This document shows, piece by piece, positions 1 to 14,602 of a DNA stretch of 64,000 nt. Source of the DNA: Eledone cirrhosa (taxonomy: Eukaryota); NCBI GenBank assembly GCA_964016885.1, contig OZ024749.1, forward strand, positions 23,994,001 through 24,058,000. Reading direction: 5' to 3'. Each line of letters begins with the position of its first letter. The first letter of the stretch is position 1. The notes below the pieces were generated by a model. The model did not search any database. It worked only from the letters and a program-made list of their open reading frames with translations, and was not told where the DNA came from. The position numbers and the translations under genes were made by a program.

Positions 1-258
1 GTATACAGAGTTAGTAGAATCAAAGTAAGTGTTGCAGCATATGTACAAACATTAATGGCATATTACAATTATATTGATATCGATCATCTCAGAAAACGAT
101 CAACTCGGCATGGCCTGACTCCTCTTCGACATTTCGTCAGAAATGCGACATTATATGTCCAAGGATATATCTGACTTCAACCCCACTCTCCTTTTCGGCA
201 TATATATATATATATATATATCAAGTAAGTATGTTTTGAAACAGTGAGCAGGTTTGAA

Positions 259-437
259 ATTAGAAAATATATAGCTTTCACCGTATTGTTTACTAAAGAA
301 ATTTTAGCCTGATAATGGGGTTTAGATCCCTCAGATCAATGCAAAAAGATGAGTATTGACTTTTCCATTTATCTGAGGGTTCTATACCCATTATCAGGCT
401 AAAGTTTCTTTAGTCAAACATACGGTGAAAGGTATAT

Positions 438-446
<9 letters not shown>
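259..446. repeat. Imperfect ~190-bp fold-back palindrome (MITE or PLE terminal fold-back)
   Basis: Left arm attagaaaatatatagctttcaccgtattg...ccctcagat is the reverse complement, with scattered mismatches, of the right arm atctgagggttc...tacggtgaaaggtatatttttctaat; abuts (TA)n. Confidence 0.75.
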
Positions 447-487
<41 letters not shown>

Positions 488-655
488 CCGTATTTCCTTT
501 CGTCGAAGACGCTACTTTTTTCCTAAAATATGTCTCAACAATCTACCATGCGTACTGGAGGCAAAAGGTTGTATATTATTTTTTTTCAAACTTTTGGTTG
601 TCAAAATTTGGGTGTGCCCTGTAGGACGAAGTCTCTCCGGCGCCGGGAAATACGG
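488..655. mobile_element. Non-autonomous Tc1/mariner-superfamily MITE (Tc2/pogo-type termini)
   Basis: Terminal inverted repeats CCGTATTTCC...GGAAATACGG with TA on both sides; 168 bp, no ORF. Confidence 0.7.
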
Positions 656-709
656 TATAAATATATATATATATATCTGTGTGTGTGTGTGATAGAGAGA
701 GAGAGAGAT

Positions 710-790
<81 letters not shown>

Positions 791-854
791 CATATATATG
801 CAGAGAAAAACGCCCGCACATATGTATATAAATGCACAGAGAAACACCTGCATA

Positions 855-893
<39 letters not shown>

Positions 894-2301
894 GGAGGCC
901 TGTTGCAACAGCTAAAAACAATAACTTCGAAAATATGGGTTCGGTTCTTTGTTTAGACTGCTGGCGATATTTCTACATATATAGGAGTCTCTACCTGATT
1001 TTCTATTTAGAGCAATTGTTTGTTGCTGTTTTCTTTTCTGTAATTTCGTGTCTGTTCTGTTTGCTATACATTTGATTCTAATATATATAAAGGTGCCCCT
1101 TTTATTAAGACTAATCATGTTATCTATCCAATTGTAGTTCTCTGTCATGCGGATTGTGTTGAACATCTTGTTGAGATCTGGCTTATCTGGAATTTCTTCC
1201 AATTTGAGAAGCGTGATCTATTGCCCTTTTGATTCTCGGATTATGCCTTGGAGGATGTCTGCTTCCAGTTTATTAAGCTCATGTATAATTGAAATTAATA
1301 AAATCCCTATTCAAGTTTGATAATATGTACAAAGGCCTTCCTTTAATTTAGGAACTACTATTGTTTTTCTTTGCAGGATTAAAATCAGGAATGATTTAAT
1401 GAAACACTCGTTGATCAAACATCTTTTCATTTTTGACTAGAAGAGAGATTACAAATTTTAAGGTCTAAGTAATCTAGATAGATGTTACATCTAGATTCCA
1501 ATAGACAGATGAACACAATGAACATGATGCCCGAAAAACACACATGAGCAAAATCAATTGGAGACGTTTGCTTCTATTGTGACACTCCCAGAGGCATGTC
1601 TACGGATTTTTTCCTTCCGCCAGCTAGGAGGAAGAAGAAGATGAAGCGGAAGAAGAAAAGATGAGTTATTTCACAAGGACAGATTCGTTTGAAGGCACGG
1701 AAATACACGACAATAAGTTAGGGACATGACTTCAATGTACTTGAACTACTGGGTTGCACCCTAATCACTCTGGGACGTACATAAAGACAATAAAATATTA
1801 TTAAAACCTCTATTATCTAAATAAACAAATAACAACATATGTACAGGCCTTTTCTTGACATTTTCCCTTACATATTGCGTGAACGCACGGAAAGTTATAT
1901 TCCTCCAATACAGGACGAAAAAATACAAACAAAGAAATTAACATCAAAGTACTGAATTTTATATTTCGCCGAAAATACACTTGAAAGGGTCATTTCAAGG
2001 GTCAGCAGTTGTGGAAAAACTATTCAATAGAGATAGATCTTTCTGGTATAAAATATTGCTTAAATGAAAACAGAAAAAAACTAACAGAGAAAATATATGG
2101 AAAGCGATATAAAAAAAAACAGACAACACAAATCAAAAAGCAACAGACTGAAAATAAAAAAAAACTTGAGACGAATAGCAAGAGACTAGATTAAAAGAAC
2201 AACAACAAAAATAATAAAATGATTAACAGAATGATAATATAAAAATGTAAAGTAAATATAAATATGGAAACTGACCTAGACTGACAAAAACGTAGACTGT
2301 G

Positions 2302-2384
<83 letters not shown>

Positions 2385-2544
2385 GTGTGTGTCTGTGTGT
2401 GTGTGTGTGTGTTTGTATCTACATATATAAACATATAATATGTATATATCTACCTATATTATATGTATATATATAAATTTATATATACATGTATTTTTGG
2501 GTGTGTATATATCTACTTATATAAACATATAATATGTATATAAC

Positions 2545-2575
<31 letters not shown>

Positions 2576-2577
2576 CA

Positions 2578-2608
<31 letters not shown>

Positions 2609-2639
2609 ATATATATATATATATACAATATATATATAT

Positions 2640-2695
<56 letters not shown>

Positions 2696-2794
2696 ATATA
2701 TATATATACAATATATATATATATATATACAATATATATATATATATATATACAATATATATATATATATATATATATACAAAATATATACAAA

Positions 2795-2827
<33 letters not shown>

Positions 2828-2870
2828 GATATAGAAATAGATTGCTATATATATATATGTGTGTGTGTGT

Positions 2871-2895
2871 GCTACGAATACAATATGCATATGCA

Positions 2896-2968
<73 letters not shown>

Positions 2969-2998
2969 TTGCTACGAATACAATATGCATATGCATTA

Positions 2999-3033
<35 letters not shown>

Positions 3034-3122
3034 CTACGAATACAATATGCATATGCATTAATATATATATATATATATATGTGTGGGTGTGTGTGCTACG
3101 AATACAATATGCATATGCATTA
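2871..3122. repeat. Four copies of a ~30-bp unit separated by variable (TA)n(GT)n
   Basis: gctacgaatacaatatgcatatgcattaat begins at 2871, 2971, 3033 and 3095. Confidence 0.9.
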
Positions 3123-4253
3123 ATATATATATATATGTATATATGTATATATATATATATACGTGTGTGTGTGAGTTTTGTGTGTGGATGTGTGCCTCTC
3201 TCTGTGTGTGTGTGTGTCTGTGTATATACATAGAGTGCGACAGAGAATAGCTTTCGAAAAGGAAGATATCCAATGTTTCTATGTGTCTCTAGCGTCTATC
3301 TATTAATGTGTCTATGTATCTATATAGCAATCTATTTATATATATATACATCTATATACCTATGTAATTTTTGTGTCTATTTATCTGTGTTTATATATCT
3401 ATATGTACATATATGTTTATATACCTATATGTCCATGTATCTATGAAATCTATGTGTACGTGTGTCTATTCATATCAATCTAACCAAATATTTTTATTTC
3501 AAAGAGATTCAAAATGGATTCCTGTGTGAATTACATATATATTTGCAGCGGTATTTCATGTAGCATTTTTTTCCTTGTATTTTTATATTTCCTCTTTTTT
3601 AAATTTGTTTTTATTTTATTTTCGGCCTCGATCTGTATCGATTGAAATTCTAGCTGACACAATTGATTGCTAACAATCAGGAACAGTAGTACAGCAGATG
3701 TGATAAGCAGAGTGGAGGCTTGAGTAATCGCACAGTTTTATTTAAAGATTGCTAAAGGAGAAGAAGATGCAGGAAGGATCGATTATAATATTATATATAC
3801 AAATCGTCTGCGCTTTTGTTACTTCGTATTGATAGACATACACATACATATGATAAGCATGTGTGCGGATATATATATATTTATGAAGAGAGAGAGAGAA
3901 TATACATATATATATATACACACACACAAAGGTTATACATATAAATATATATATATATAGAGAGAGAGGCACAAAACATATATGTAAATATATATACTTG
4001 GTATCTATGTATGTATATACATATGTATGTATGCGTGCGGGCGAGTGCGTGTTTAAATATTTGGAGAAATTTTGTCAGCGGGATGTAATATGAGGTAGGC
4101 AGTAACAATCTCGAAGCATACTGGCAATTCTGCTTGTAAAGATTACATTAATACTAGCAGATTTTAAGGAGCTTACAGTTGCCACTTTGTCTATTTATGT
4201 ATATGAATGTTTGTAGGCGTATGCGTTACTGTGTATATACGTACACACACACA

Positions 4254-4296
<43 letters not shown>

Positions 4297-4340
4297 CCAC
4301 ATATATATATATATATGTATATATATATGCATATATATGC

Positions 4341-4371
<31 letters not shown>

Positions 4372-4382
4372 CATATATATGC

Positions 4383-4413
<31 letters not shown>

Positions 4414-4467
4414 TATATACACATATACACATACATATATATGTATACATGTGTATATATATATATG

Positions 4468-4577
<110 letters not shown>

Positions 4578-4618
4578 TTGTGTATATAAGTAAATATATA
4601 TAAGTGTATGTGTATGTG

Positions 4619-4667
<49 letters not shown>

Positions 4668-4800
4668 CGCTGCTTTCACCCTTAACGGGATCTTCTGAAA
4701 CTAACAAAGCCAATCTGTGAACGCAGAAATGAATATTTCAAAAAATATTGCAACCGGAGGAAGAGAGGAAGACGATACTTTGGTTCATGGAAACGTTCCC

Positions 4801-5173
4801 TTCTACTTTTGGCACAAGGCCAGCAATTACCTAGTTTATTACTGGTACTTTATTTTATCGACCCCATAAGGATGAAAGGCAAAGTTAACCACGGAGGGAT
4901 TTGAACTCAGAACATAAAGGGTCGTAACTCTATGCTTCAAAGCATGGGGTTCGACTCTCTACCGCTACTGCCGATCCACCGCTTATAATAGTAATAATTG
5001 TTTCTACTTTAGGCACAAGGCCAGCAATTACGCAGTATATTACTGGTACTTTATTTTATCGACCCCGTAAGGATCAAAGGCAAAGTTAACATCGGCGGGA
5101 TTTGAGCTCAGACTGTAAAGGGAAGTAACTATGTTAGAAAGCATGGCGTCCAGCCCTCTACCGATACTGCCAA
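4801..5173 (-). mobile_element. Two tandem copies of tRNA-derived SINE family A
   Basis: On the minus strand: A-box-like TGGCAGTA(T/G)CGG, B-box-like GAG(T/C)TCAAATCC, body GCCTTTCATCCTTACGGGGTCGATAAAATAAAGTACCAGT, tail GTAGAAACAATTATTA. Confidence 0.85.
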
Positions 5174-5372
5174 TAGTAATAATAATAAATAATAATAGTA
5201 AAAATAATATATATATATATATATATTTATTCAGCTTTGAGGTTCACCACTGTATAGAGCTGGTCTATTCCGTATGGTCAATCGTAATGCAATAATATAG
5301 AGAGTACTCAACGTAAAGCAGTTCAACCGTCTTTGTTTTTGTAGTTGGTGGTGCTATTACGGAGTTAAATAT

Positions 5373-5748
<376 letters not shown>

Positions 5749-5760
5749 TTTACTATTACT

Positions 5761-6068
5761 ATTGGCAGTATCGGTAGAGGGCTGGACGCCATGCTTTCTA
5801 ACATAGTTACTTCCCTTTACAGTCTGAGCTCAAATCCCGCCGATGTTAACTTTGCCTTTCATCCTTACGGGGTCGATAAAATAAAGTACCAGTAATATAC
5901 TGCGTAATTGCTGGCCTTGTGCCTAAAGTAGAAACAATTATTACTATTATAAGCGGTGGATTGGCAGTAGCGGTAGAGAGTCGAACACCATGCTTTGAAG
6001 CATAGAGTTACGACCCTTTATGTTCTGAGTTCAAATCCCGCCGTGGTTAACTTTGCCTTTCATCCTTA
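5761..6068 (+). mobile_element. Inverted near-identical copy of the SINE-A pair at 4866-5173
   Basis: Shares copy-specific variants (gggctggacgcc, ctgagctcaaat, ttgaagcatagagttacgaccc) and the inter-SINE spacer with the left pair. Confidence 0.85.
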
Positions 6069-6072
6069 TACA

Positions 6073-6109
<37 letters not shown>

Positions 6110-6271
6110 TAGAATTGGAGCTCTGAAATAACAATATATATATGGATGTATATATAATGTATTTTGCAATACACTTTAGGCTTAATTAAAATCATTTGGA
6201 AGACCGTAAGCTATTATTTTTTAGAGTAGTGACAAATTCACTTACTTTGATCTCAACAAACAGGGGAGATA

Positions 6272-6316
6272 AGCCGACAATGCCTTGTTTCGCTTTTGTT
6301 GAAGCTTATCAAGGCT
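6272..6316 (-). ncRNA. Type I hammerhead ribozyme, U3-A8 core variant (inverted copy)
   Basis: Reverse complement of the 6504-6548 motif, with small differences in stem III. Confidence 0.7.
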
Positions 6317-6503
6317 AACTACTCCCACCTGTCTAACAAGATCACTGATGTTATATTCTTATAGAATTCTAGTAAATAATCAGGAGCTGATTATGCAGAG
6401 TGGTTGTTGGTCAGGCAGAAATTAAAAATTAGAATTGGAGCTCTGAAATAGCAATATATATATGGATGTATATATAATGTATGATAGACAGGTGGGAGTA
6501 GTT

Positions 6504-6548
6504 AGCCTTGATAAGCTTCAACAAAAGCGAAACAAGGTCTTGTCGGCT
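6504..6548 (+). ncRNA. Type I hammerhead ribozyme, U3-A8 core variant
   Basis: agcc-TTGATAA-gctt[caacaa]aagc-GAAA-caag[gt]cttg-TC-ggct; stems I, II and III all pair; GUC cleavage triplet. Confidence 0.8.
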
Positions 6549-6660
6549 TATCTCCCCTGTTTGTTGAGATCAAAGTAAGTGAATTTGTCACTACTCTAAA
6601 AAATAATAGCTTACGGTCTTCAAAATGCTTTTAATTAAGCATAAAGTGTATTGCAAAATA

Positions 6661-7074
6661 CATTCGATGCGAGAGGGAGCAAGTTAACAGACACGATTTT
6701 TAACTGCGGTAAGAATTTTTTTCTTTACTACGGTTTTGAGATGCGGTTTCTTATTCGGGTACAACTTCTGATATTAGCCTAAGAAAATATCTATATGCGT
6801 GTGTAATTTATACACGCATATATTTATTTTTTTAATTTCAATTGAGTTCTTAACACGTTGGATTGATAATGTTTTTGAAAAAACTAATTAACCCGCGTGT
6901 ATATTATTTTTTTCCTCCTTTCGTGGATCGTAGTTGTCTCCCCTTCCCGCTTGGTGACGCTATAATACTTCCTCAGTCAAAAACTGCATGAATTTCAAAT
7001 TTGGCGGTCATTCGATGCGAGAGGGAGCAACTTAACAAACACGATTTTTAACTGCGGTAAGAATTGTTTTCTTA
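6661..7074. repeat. ~60-bp direct repeat, two copies 348 bp apart
   Basis: cattcgatgcgagagggagcaa.ttaaca.acacgatttttaactgcggtaagaatt at 6661 and 7009. Confidence 0.8.
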
Positions 7075-7878
7075 TATCAAAGTTTAATGGGCTTCCACTG
7101 ATGATTTATAAACGCCCACCTAAATATATTCTTACATGAATGTATATTAGGCTTCTACATAAACTGGAAATATTCTCCGAATTTGTAGAAAACTTATAAT
7201 GAAACAATTGTTTGGAAAGAGAGATATATTTTAACTTTAATTATATCTCATAAAATAATACAACTGGCTTTTCCACATAATACATATTGTTAGCACCCCA
7301 AACACTTAAATTGGATTTATATTAAAATATAACCTAATGTTTGTTGAGTGAGATAGTTACCAGTCAGAGTTTAGCTTTAAACTATCTCTGTTATTGTATT
7401 AAATATATATATGCACACACACACACACACAATTACATCTAGTGAGCTGCATTTGTTGTCTACTCCTATTTCAATGTATCGTCGTATTTGTCGATCAGCC
7501 AAGCCGACTGAGCAACTCTTTATTTATTCATTTCTACTAATGTCAATCATTCGGTTTCTTTGCCCAGCAATTTTTACAATTCTATTTGCCCATCTGCCTC
7601 ATCTGTCATACCACTTCTCCATTTTAATCTCCTTGTTATATTCTCAACGCTTTGTTTATCTATAGTATTGTATAGTATCAGTTCCTGATAAGATACACAC
7701 ACACACACATACACACACACACACAGAGACACACACACACACACACACTCTCAAACACAGAGAATACCAACATTTTCCCTCTCTCTCTTTATGTCTCTCT
7801 GTCTCTCTCTGTCTCTGTATATATATATATATATTTGTTTTGCGAGGTTTTTGATATGAAATCGTGTGTCGAAACAAA

Positions 7879-8219
7879 TATTGTTATACTTGGGGAGGGT
7901 CATATTGTTGTAATAATTTTGCCAGAAATAATAACTGTTTCTACTTTAGGCACAAGGCCAGCAATTAACCAGTGCATTACTGGTACTTTATTGTATCGAC
8001 CCCGTAAGGATGAAAGGCAAAGTAAACCTCGGCGGGATAACACACTCACTGTTTGCTTGGTTTTCGCTTCTGCATCTTTTATATCTCCATAGTCATATGT
8101 TATATATAACATATAACTATGGAGATATAAAAGATGCCCAGCGAAAACCAACCAAACAGTGAGCGTGTTCTGTTATTATTCCTGTTATTACAACAATATG
8201 ACCCCAAGTATAACAATAT
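7879..8219. mobile_element. Fold-back terminal fragment (probable PLE pLTR) with a truncated SINE-A in one arm
   Basis: Arms 7879-8104 and 8105-8219 are reverse complements; SINE-A occupies 7936-8036 in the left arm only; related sequence at 17530-17650 and 39660-39712. Confidence 0.65.
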
Positions 8220-8298
8220 ATATATATATATGTGTGATGTCCTAAAAAATATATATACACTAATGATGTTGAGGTATGAATATATTTTTTTGGACACA

Positions 8299-8342
<44 letters not shown>

Positions 8343-8375
8343 AGAGAGAGTTTGTGCGTGGGCGTGTGTGTGTAT

Positions 8376-8578
8376 TATGGTTTCCCTGTGGAAATTATGA
8401 TTGAGAATTAGAAATTAAAACTAGAACTTGGGGTAGTTGATGGTCATATATTTTTATGTACATATATTGTTTTACTTCAATCAAGATTTAACTTGTTATT
8501 TTTGTAATTTTTCATTTTTAATTTAATTTTTAGTTTTAATTTCTAATTCTCAATCAAAATTTCCACAGGGAAACCATA
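8376..8578. repeat. ~50-bp inverted repeat pair
   Basis: tatggtttccctgtggaaattatgattgagaattagaaattaaaacta versus tagttttaatttctaattctcaatcaaaatttccacagggaaaccata. Confidence 0.8.
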
Positions 8579-9186
8579 TACCTAGAAATAATTATATATT
8601 CTCTTAGCGGGTGATGTTCAATCCTACTGTCCATGCTTAATTTAGGGGTAGTGTTCAGACCTATTGAAACTCATACTCTCCCAACCCCACTAGCTTTCGG
8701 CCAAATGCCACTGGCAGTGTGGCTAGCAGTAAATTGTAACCGTGTCTTATTACAGACCCGGATTGGGTGATTGTTTGGTTGTGAGGGGGATCCACCTAAG
8801 CGAATTTCGTAGAAATTTGGGGTAGTTGATGGTCAACTTCCTTCGGACTTGCGCCTGCGCAGACCGGTGGGGGTGAATTGGTGCTCACAAGGAAACGGGC
8901 GAAGAATTCAAGAGCACACGCTTTGTTCGTTCCCATGTCGATCAACTTGGATTGCCTCGGAAACATAACCTTAATATGTAAGCAGCTGTATGATGATGTC
9001 ACAGCACTGGGCGCACCGAACCGTGTGGCCACTGTCATCATTGAAATATGTATCACAGCATTATCATTAAAGGACTTTAACATCTGAAACTACTTTGCTT
9101 TTTCTTATTCGATATATACTCCGTCACTCCTATGTGGAAAAAGTACGTTGAGTGTTTGATTTGAATTGCATCAATATTTACCTTAA

Positions 9187-9985
9187 GTCGCTGTCTTCAA
9201 TTTAGCTGTCTTCAATTTTCAAAGCTGTCTAAACGTAATGTTATAACTGTAGGGTAATATACCCTATTGAGTGCTTAGCTGCACATCGAGACTGCATTCG
9301 TTTGCTTCGCTGCAACCAGAGCTTCGATGATGCTGTACTAAAGTGTGTATTATTATCACATAGAATTAACGATTAATTGATTAATTTAATTAGACAATTC
9401 TATTGATTGATTAATCGTTTATGTTTGTTTGATAACTTCTAGTAGAGTGCTTAATTCGGTTTGTGTAAAGGAATGTTATTCCTTTGTTCCAAATTTGAAT
9501 TGACCGCCAAAACCGAAGGTTACCTCCCTTCGGGAAAACCATGTGCCTTCTAACAGTGCTTAGTGCTAGCATTCACACTCGGGCGGAAGAGAACGAAAAA
9601 CTTGTTGCGAAGTAAATTCCTCTGTTCTATCTTCCGATAACCATTAACTTGCTGACCCCTGCAAGTGGATTTTGTCGATTTCGGATTTACAGAAACCTAA
9701 CGGAGATTTTATATATTATATGTGATGTATATTATATGATATATATCAGGTGTTGTGTATGATGTCGACGCGACGTTCCAGGTTAGTCAAATTTTATCCT
9801 GAGTTCAGTTATTTTCGTCGCTATGGTCACTGCGGCCCGTCTATCGGTCGCTGTCTTCAATTTGCAAAGCTGTCTAAACGTAATGTTATAACTCAATGGT
9901 AGTATACCCTATTGAGTGCTTAGCTGCACACCAAGACTGCATTTGTTAGCTTCGGTGCAACCAGAGCTTCGATGATGCTGTACTA
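9187..9985. repeat. ~140-150-bp direct repeats flanking ~500 bp
   Basis: gtcgctgtcttcaattt...gcttcgatgatgctgtacta at 9187-9340 and 9847-9985. Confidence 0.8.
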
Positions 9986-9995
9986 CATTTTATAT

Positions 9996-10070
<75 letters not shown>

Positions 10071-10249
10071 TAATATATATATATTATATATATATAATAT
10101 ATATATATATATAAAATATTATATATATATATATAAGTTGTAATAAAATGAAAACGAAATTTCATTTCTCACTCTTAGTACGGCACTTACTTAAATGTAA
10201 GTATGTATGTATACGTACATACATATATGTATACAGACGTACAGTAGCA

Positions 10250-10309
<60 letters not shown>

Positions 10310-13061
10310 TACACATATCAGAGATAATATCAGTAATTTTACTGATATTATCTCTGAAATATTCTAGCCACATGGAAACGCCCGTACCGATGTATAAATG
10401 AATAATAATTATTATAATCTTTGGTCTTATTGAACGTTTTGTGTGTGTGTGTATATATATATATGTATATATCGAGCAGGAAAAAGTGAAACATGCAATT
10501 GAAGCATCACGTATGCCTATATGTGTATGTGTGTGTGTGTGTGTTTGTAGATGTGATTGTCTGTATTTATATGTAATTGTTTGTGTGTGAGTGTGTGTGT
10601 TTATGACTGTCTTTCATCTACATATACATCTATACTTCTCGCTTAATAATTAATATATAAATATAATCATAATATCTGCAGTTGCTTGTTGTCAGGATTT
10701 ACACAAACAAACGTAGTCTGTTTGAAAAAAATGTCCATTATATCAAATTTCGTCGCCTGTTTGTGTCATCAACTGAGGAATATTATAGCAAACATTCTTT
10801 TAAATCTCTCAATTTTTTTTATTTTAGTCGCTGACAAATAACGCAATCTTTATATTTGTATATTGTTTAAATCCAAGTCTTTTCATACATCTGGCATTAT
10901 TGTGATAATACTGTAATATTACACACAATATCTTTTTTCGCTTCATTTAAATCCTCTCTAATGAATCAGTGCTTGATGTTTAATTATAGCTTGCGTTTTA
11001 AATTTTATTTCATAGATTATTTATTTCCTTTTTCACAAGTGACTGCATATTTCACTTTTTATCTCGGTTTCTCAATTTTTATTTTTATTATACTTTTTTT
11101 TTTTTCCTTATCTCAAAATATTATCCCAACATCTCTATATATCATCTCTCTCTCGCTATTTTCTCTCTCACAGTCTAACACATCTATTTCTCTGTCTGTC
11201 TGACTGTCTTTCTATTTGTCTGTCTGTATGTATGTATCTTCCTATTTCTCATTCACCCTCTCTCTCTCTCACTCTCTATCTCCCTTTCTCTATCTAGTTC
11301 TCCCTCTCTCCCTCTCTCTCTCCCTCACTCAGTTGCTTCTGTTCTTTTACGTTTTTTTTCCATTTATACACAAATTATATCACTTCTCTATTTGCTCTCT
11401 CTATCTACATTTTCTGTTAAAATGTCTATCTATATATCGATTTTAGTATCTATCTATCGATCAATCTATCTATCTATCTCTCTATCTATCTATTATTCTC
11501 TCTCTCCACCCGTATCTTCCCCCCTCTCTCTCTTTTACTTTTTTCTTTTCTTAACTCAAATTATGATATCTACATTTTCTCTTACAACGTCTATCTCTCT
11601 CTCCCTTATTCTCTCTCTTGTTCTCTCTCTTTCCCCCTCTCTCACACAGACGTTTTTTTCTTTTCTTAACTAAAATTATGGTTTCGCTTCTTCAGCATTT
11701 TCACTCTCTAACAACATTTTTTTATTACAGCATCTAATATATTTATCTATATATCTATCTCCCCCACTCTCTCTCGCGTTTTTTTTTCTTTTCTATTTGC
11801 TCTCTCTATCTGCATTTTATCTTACAATCTATCTATCTATCTCTCACATTTTTGTTTCATTATCCCAATATTTTGTCACATTCTCTCCTTTCACTCAATC
11901 TTTGTACGTTATTCTAAATCAATTTCGTTTTAACTCGTCTCGTCTTCACCATAATGAAGGAACGATACAATTCAACTGTAACGTTCTTTACAGCTATATA
12001 AACGAAATGTCTGGTAATTCTTACTACATTAAAAGAAATGCCAAAAATAGAATCTTTATTTTTCTTCTTTGAATACTAATCTGCATTGAATATATTCAAT
12101 AACTAACCAATGCATTGAATTAAGTTCTTCTTTCTTCTTCTTTTCTTCTTAGTCTTCTTCATTACTTCCCAGACAAAATTCTTTCAGGTATTTTATAAAT
12201 GAAAACATAGACATTAAGTAAATTCTTCCATGACTACGTATCTTTAATTAACCCGATATAAATCTCTCTTGGGAAGTTATTTGTGTTATTATGAAATACT
12301 TCTACTGTGGTGATATACTATTAGAGGAGCAAGTGTAGGAGTAGATTGGAAAATAATGAGAAGAAACTATCTGATCGCTAAACCTGCTAGAAATAGCGTC
12401 TAAATTCTGCACGAATCAAACAGTCACATCTTCTTCGTCCACTTATTCCTGGGAGGGTCGAGAGGGCAGAATCCTCATACACTTCTCACAGCGGATATTG
12501 TCAGAATCACCCGTCTCCAACTGATCCAGCTGTATCCCCAGAAAATGAAGAACAAATGAAAGATCTTAGTTTGAGAGACACTGGATCCCCCTCACCACTA
12601 CCCCCCAAAAAACTAATCCTAATCATGACTACAAAGGGCTTTACTTTTCGAGGGTCAGCTGAAATGTTCATCGGCGGAGTAGAAAGGAGTGATGCCAGCC
12701 TGTGAAATCTTGCATGCATTAACTTCAACTCTTCTTACTGATAACTGTATTGTTTCTTTCCATGGAGTATGTAGAAAAATAAACCTCATTTGGTCATTCC
12801 ATGAGAGTATCTTGATCAGCATGTGAAGTAACCATTCTATGAACTTGGCAACCCAACCTCGTTAATGAGTTAACGTCCAACATGTCCCAGAATACCCAAA
12901 GCTAAACTGTAATCTTTAATACGGAAACTATTTAATCTGTTCTCGACTGAAATACTTTTTAAAGTCAAAGGCATATACAGACACAGACAGACTCTCTCTC
13001 ACACACACGCACTCACAGTCATACTAACACACACACACACACACACACACTCATACTCATG

Positions 13062-13106
<45 letters not shown>

Positions 13107-14013
13107 ACACTCACTTAGACTCATACTCACACACACACACACACTGACACTCACACTGATACTCACACACACACACGTGCATACGTACATGTGCAAACTG
13201 GGTCGAAATACTGTGTGATGAAGTTGTGGCAGGGTACGACTACCTGTGGTTACTAAACTAGTGAGCCAACTCTTCTATAATAAACAGTTGTTACTGAACA
13301 AGGCCGACAATCTAAAAACCAATGGTCCACGGGTTATAATGAATTAGAGAGAGGTGTATTAATTGGAGATAGGCGTCACTGGCAAAACGAAAAAAATAAT
13401 TAAACAAAGAAAAACTTCAATAAACCCTCGATCTATCCACAGTGAGACTTATTTTTATAAAAGTTAAGTTCATTTTCAGAAATTTTATTTGAGGCTCCTT
13501 TATAAATCTGAAGATATTTGGGTGGTTTTGAGAGTCAAGTTTTGAAGACTCACTGAGCGAATGACGGCCGACCACGACCGCGTTAGCACAATCACTCTCT
13601 GAAAAGCAGATCGTTCCCAGCGAAAAACGAATAAAACTTATTTATATTAACTGGTTTACAAGTTACTACGTATAACATTGTACAAATCTAAAACACGTTA
13701 CTGCTTAAGATATATAAACAATACTTCATGAAATATGGTTTATAATATAAAATTACTAAAACCTATAAACTCTGTATTAAGAAATAATTTCCAATTTATG
13801 TAATATAATTCTTGATCTGTGTGATATAATTATATTATATTATATTTAAATATAACTTAATATAATAAAATATCATATAATATAATTTACTTTAACGTGA
13901 TATATTATAACTTAATATAATATAATCAGAGATGATATAATATGTTATTCATGAAATATTAAGAACATCGAGCATTATTAATACCAAATACTTACTTCTG
14001 CGTAAAGATAAGT

Positions 14014-14045
<32 letters not shown>

Positions 14046-14125
14046 TCATATATATTAGTTCATACACAGCTCAGGGGTATTTCTTCCTTCGAGCTAATTC
14101 CATTGTAAAAGATTTCATTACACTT

Positions 14126-14179
<54 letters not shown>

Positions 14180-14602
14180 GCCTGCATGTGTGCGTGTCTG
14201 TGTGTTTGTGTAAATATATATATATATGTGTGTGTATGTATGTATATATATATATACATATATGTATATATATATATATATAGATATATATATATGTGTA
14301 TATGTATGTATATATATATATATACATATATGTATATATGAATATATGTATGCATATATAGGTATATATGGATGCATATATATGCTTATATGTATATATA
14401 TGTATATATGTATGCATATATATGTATATATGTATCCATATATATGTATATATATATGTATATATGCATGCATATATTTGCATATATGTATATATATACA
14501 CATATATATATATGTATGTATATCTATATATATATATGTATATATGTATGTATATCTATATATATATATATGTATATATGTGTATATATATATATGTATA
14601 TT

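Noticed and set aside
2871-3122. CRISPR-like repeat-spacer appearance
   Set aside because: Spacers are simple repeats, the context is eukaryotic and there are no cas genes.
8685-8725. Minus-strand ccac...ggc[atttg]gcc-GAAAGCTA-gtgg
   Set aside because: The stems fit, but the core (actgccagt) departs too far from CTGANGA to call.
12425-12970. GC-richer block with weak RTE-like translation on the minus strand
   Set aside because: Too many stops and frameshifts to assign by eye; needs a tBLASTx or HMM search.
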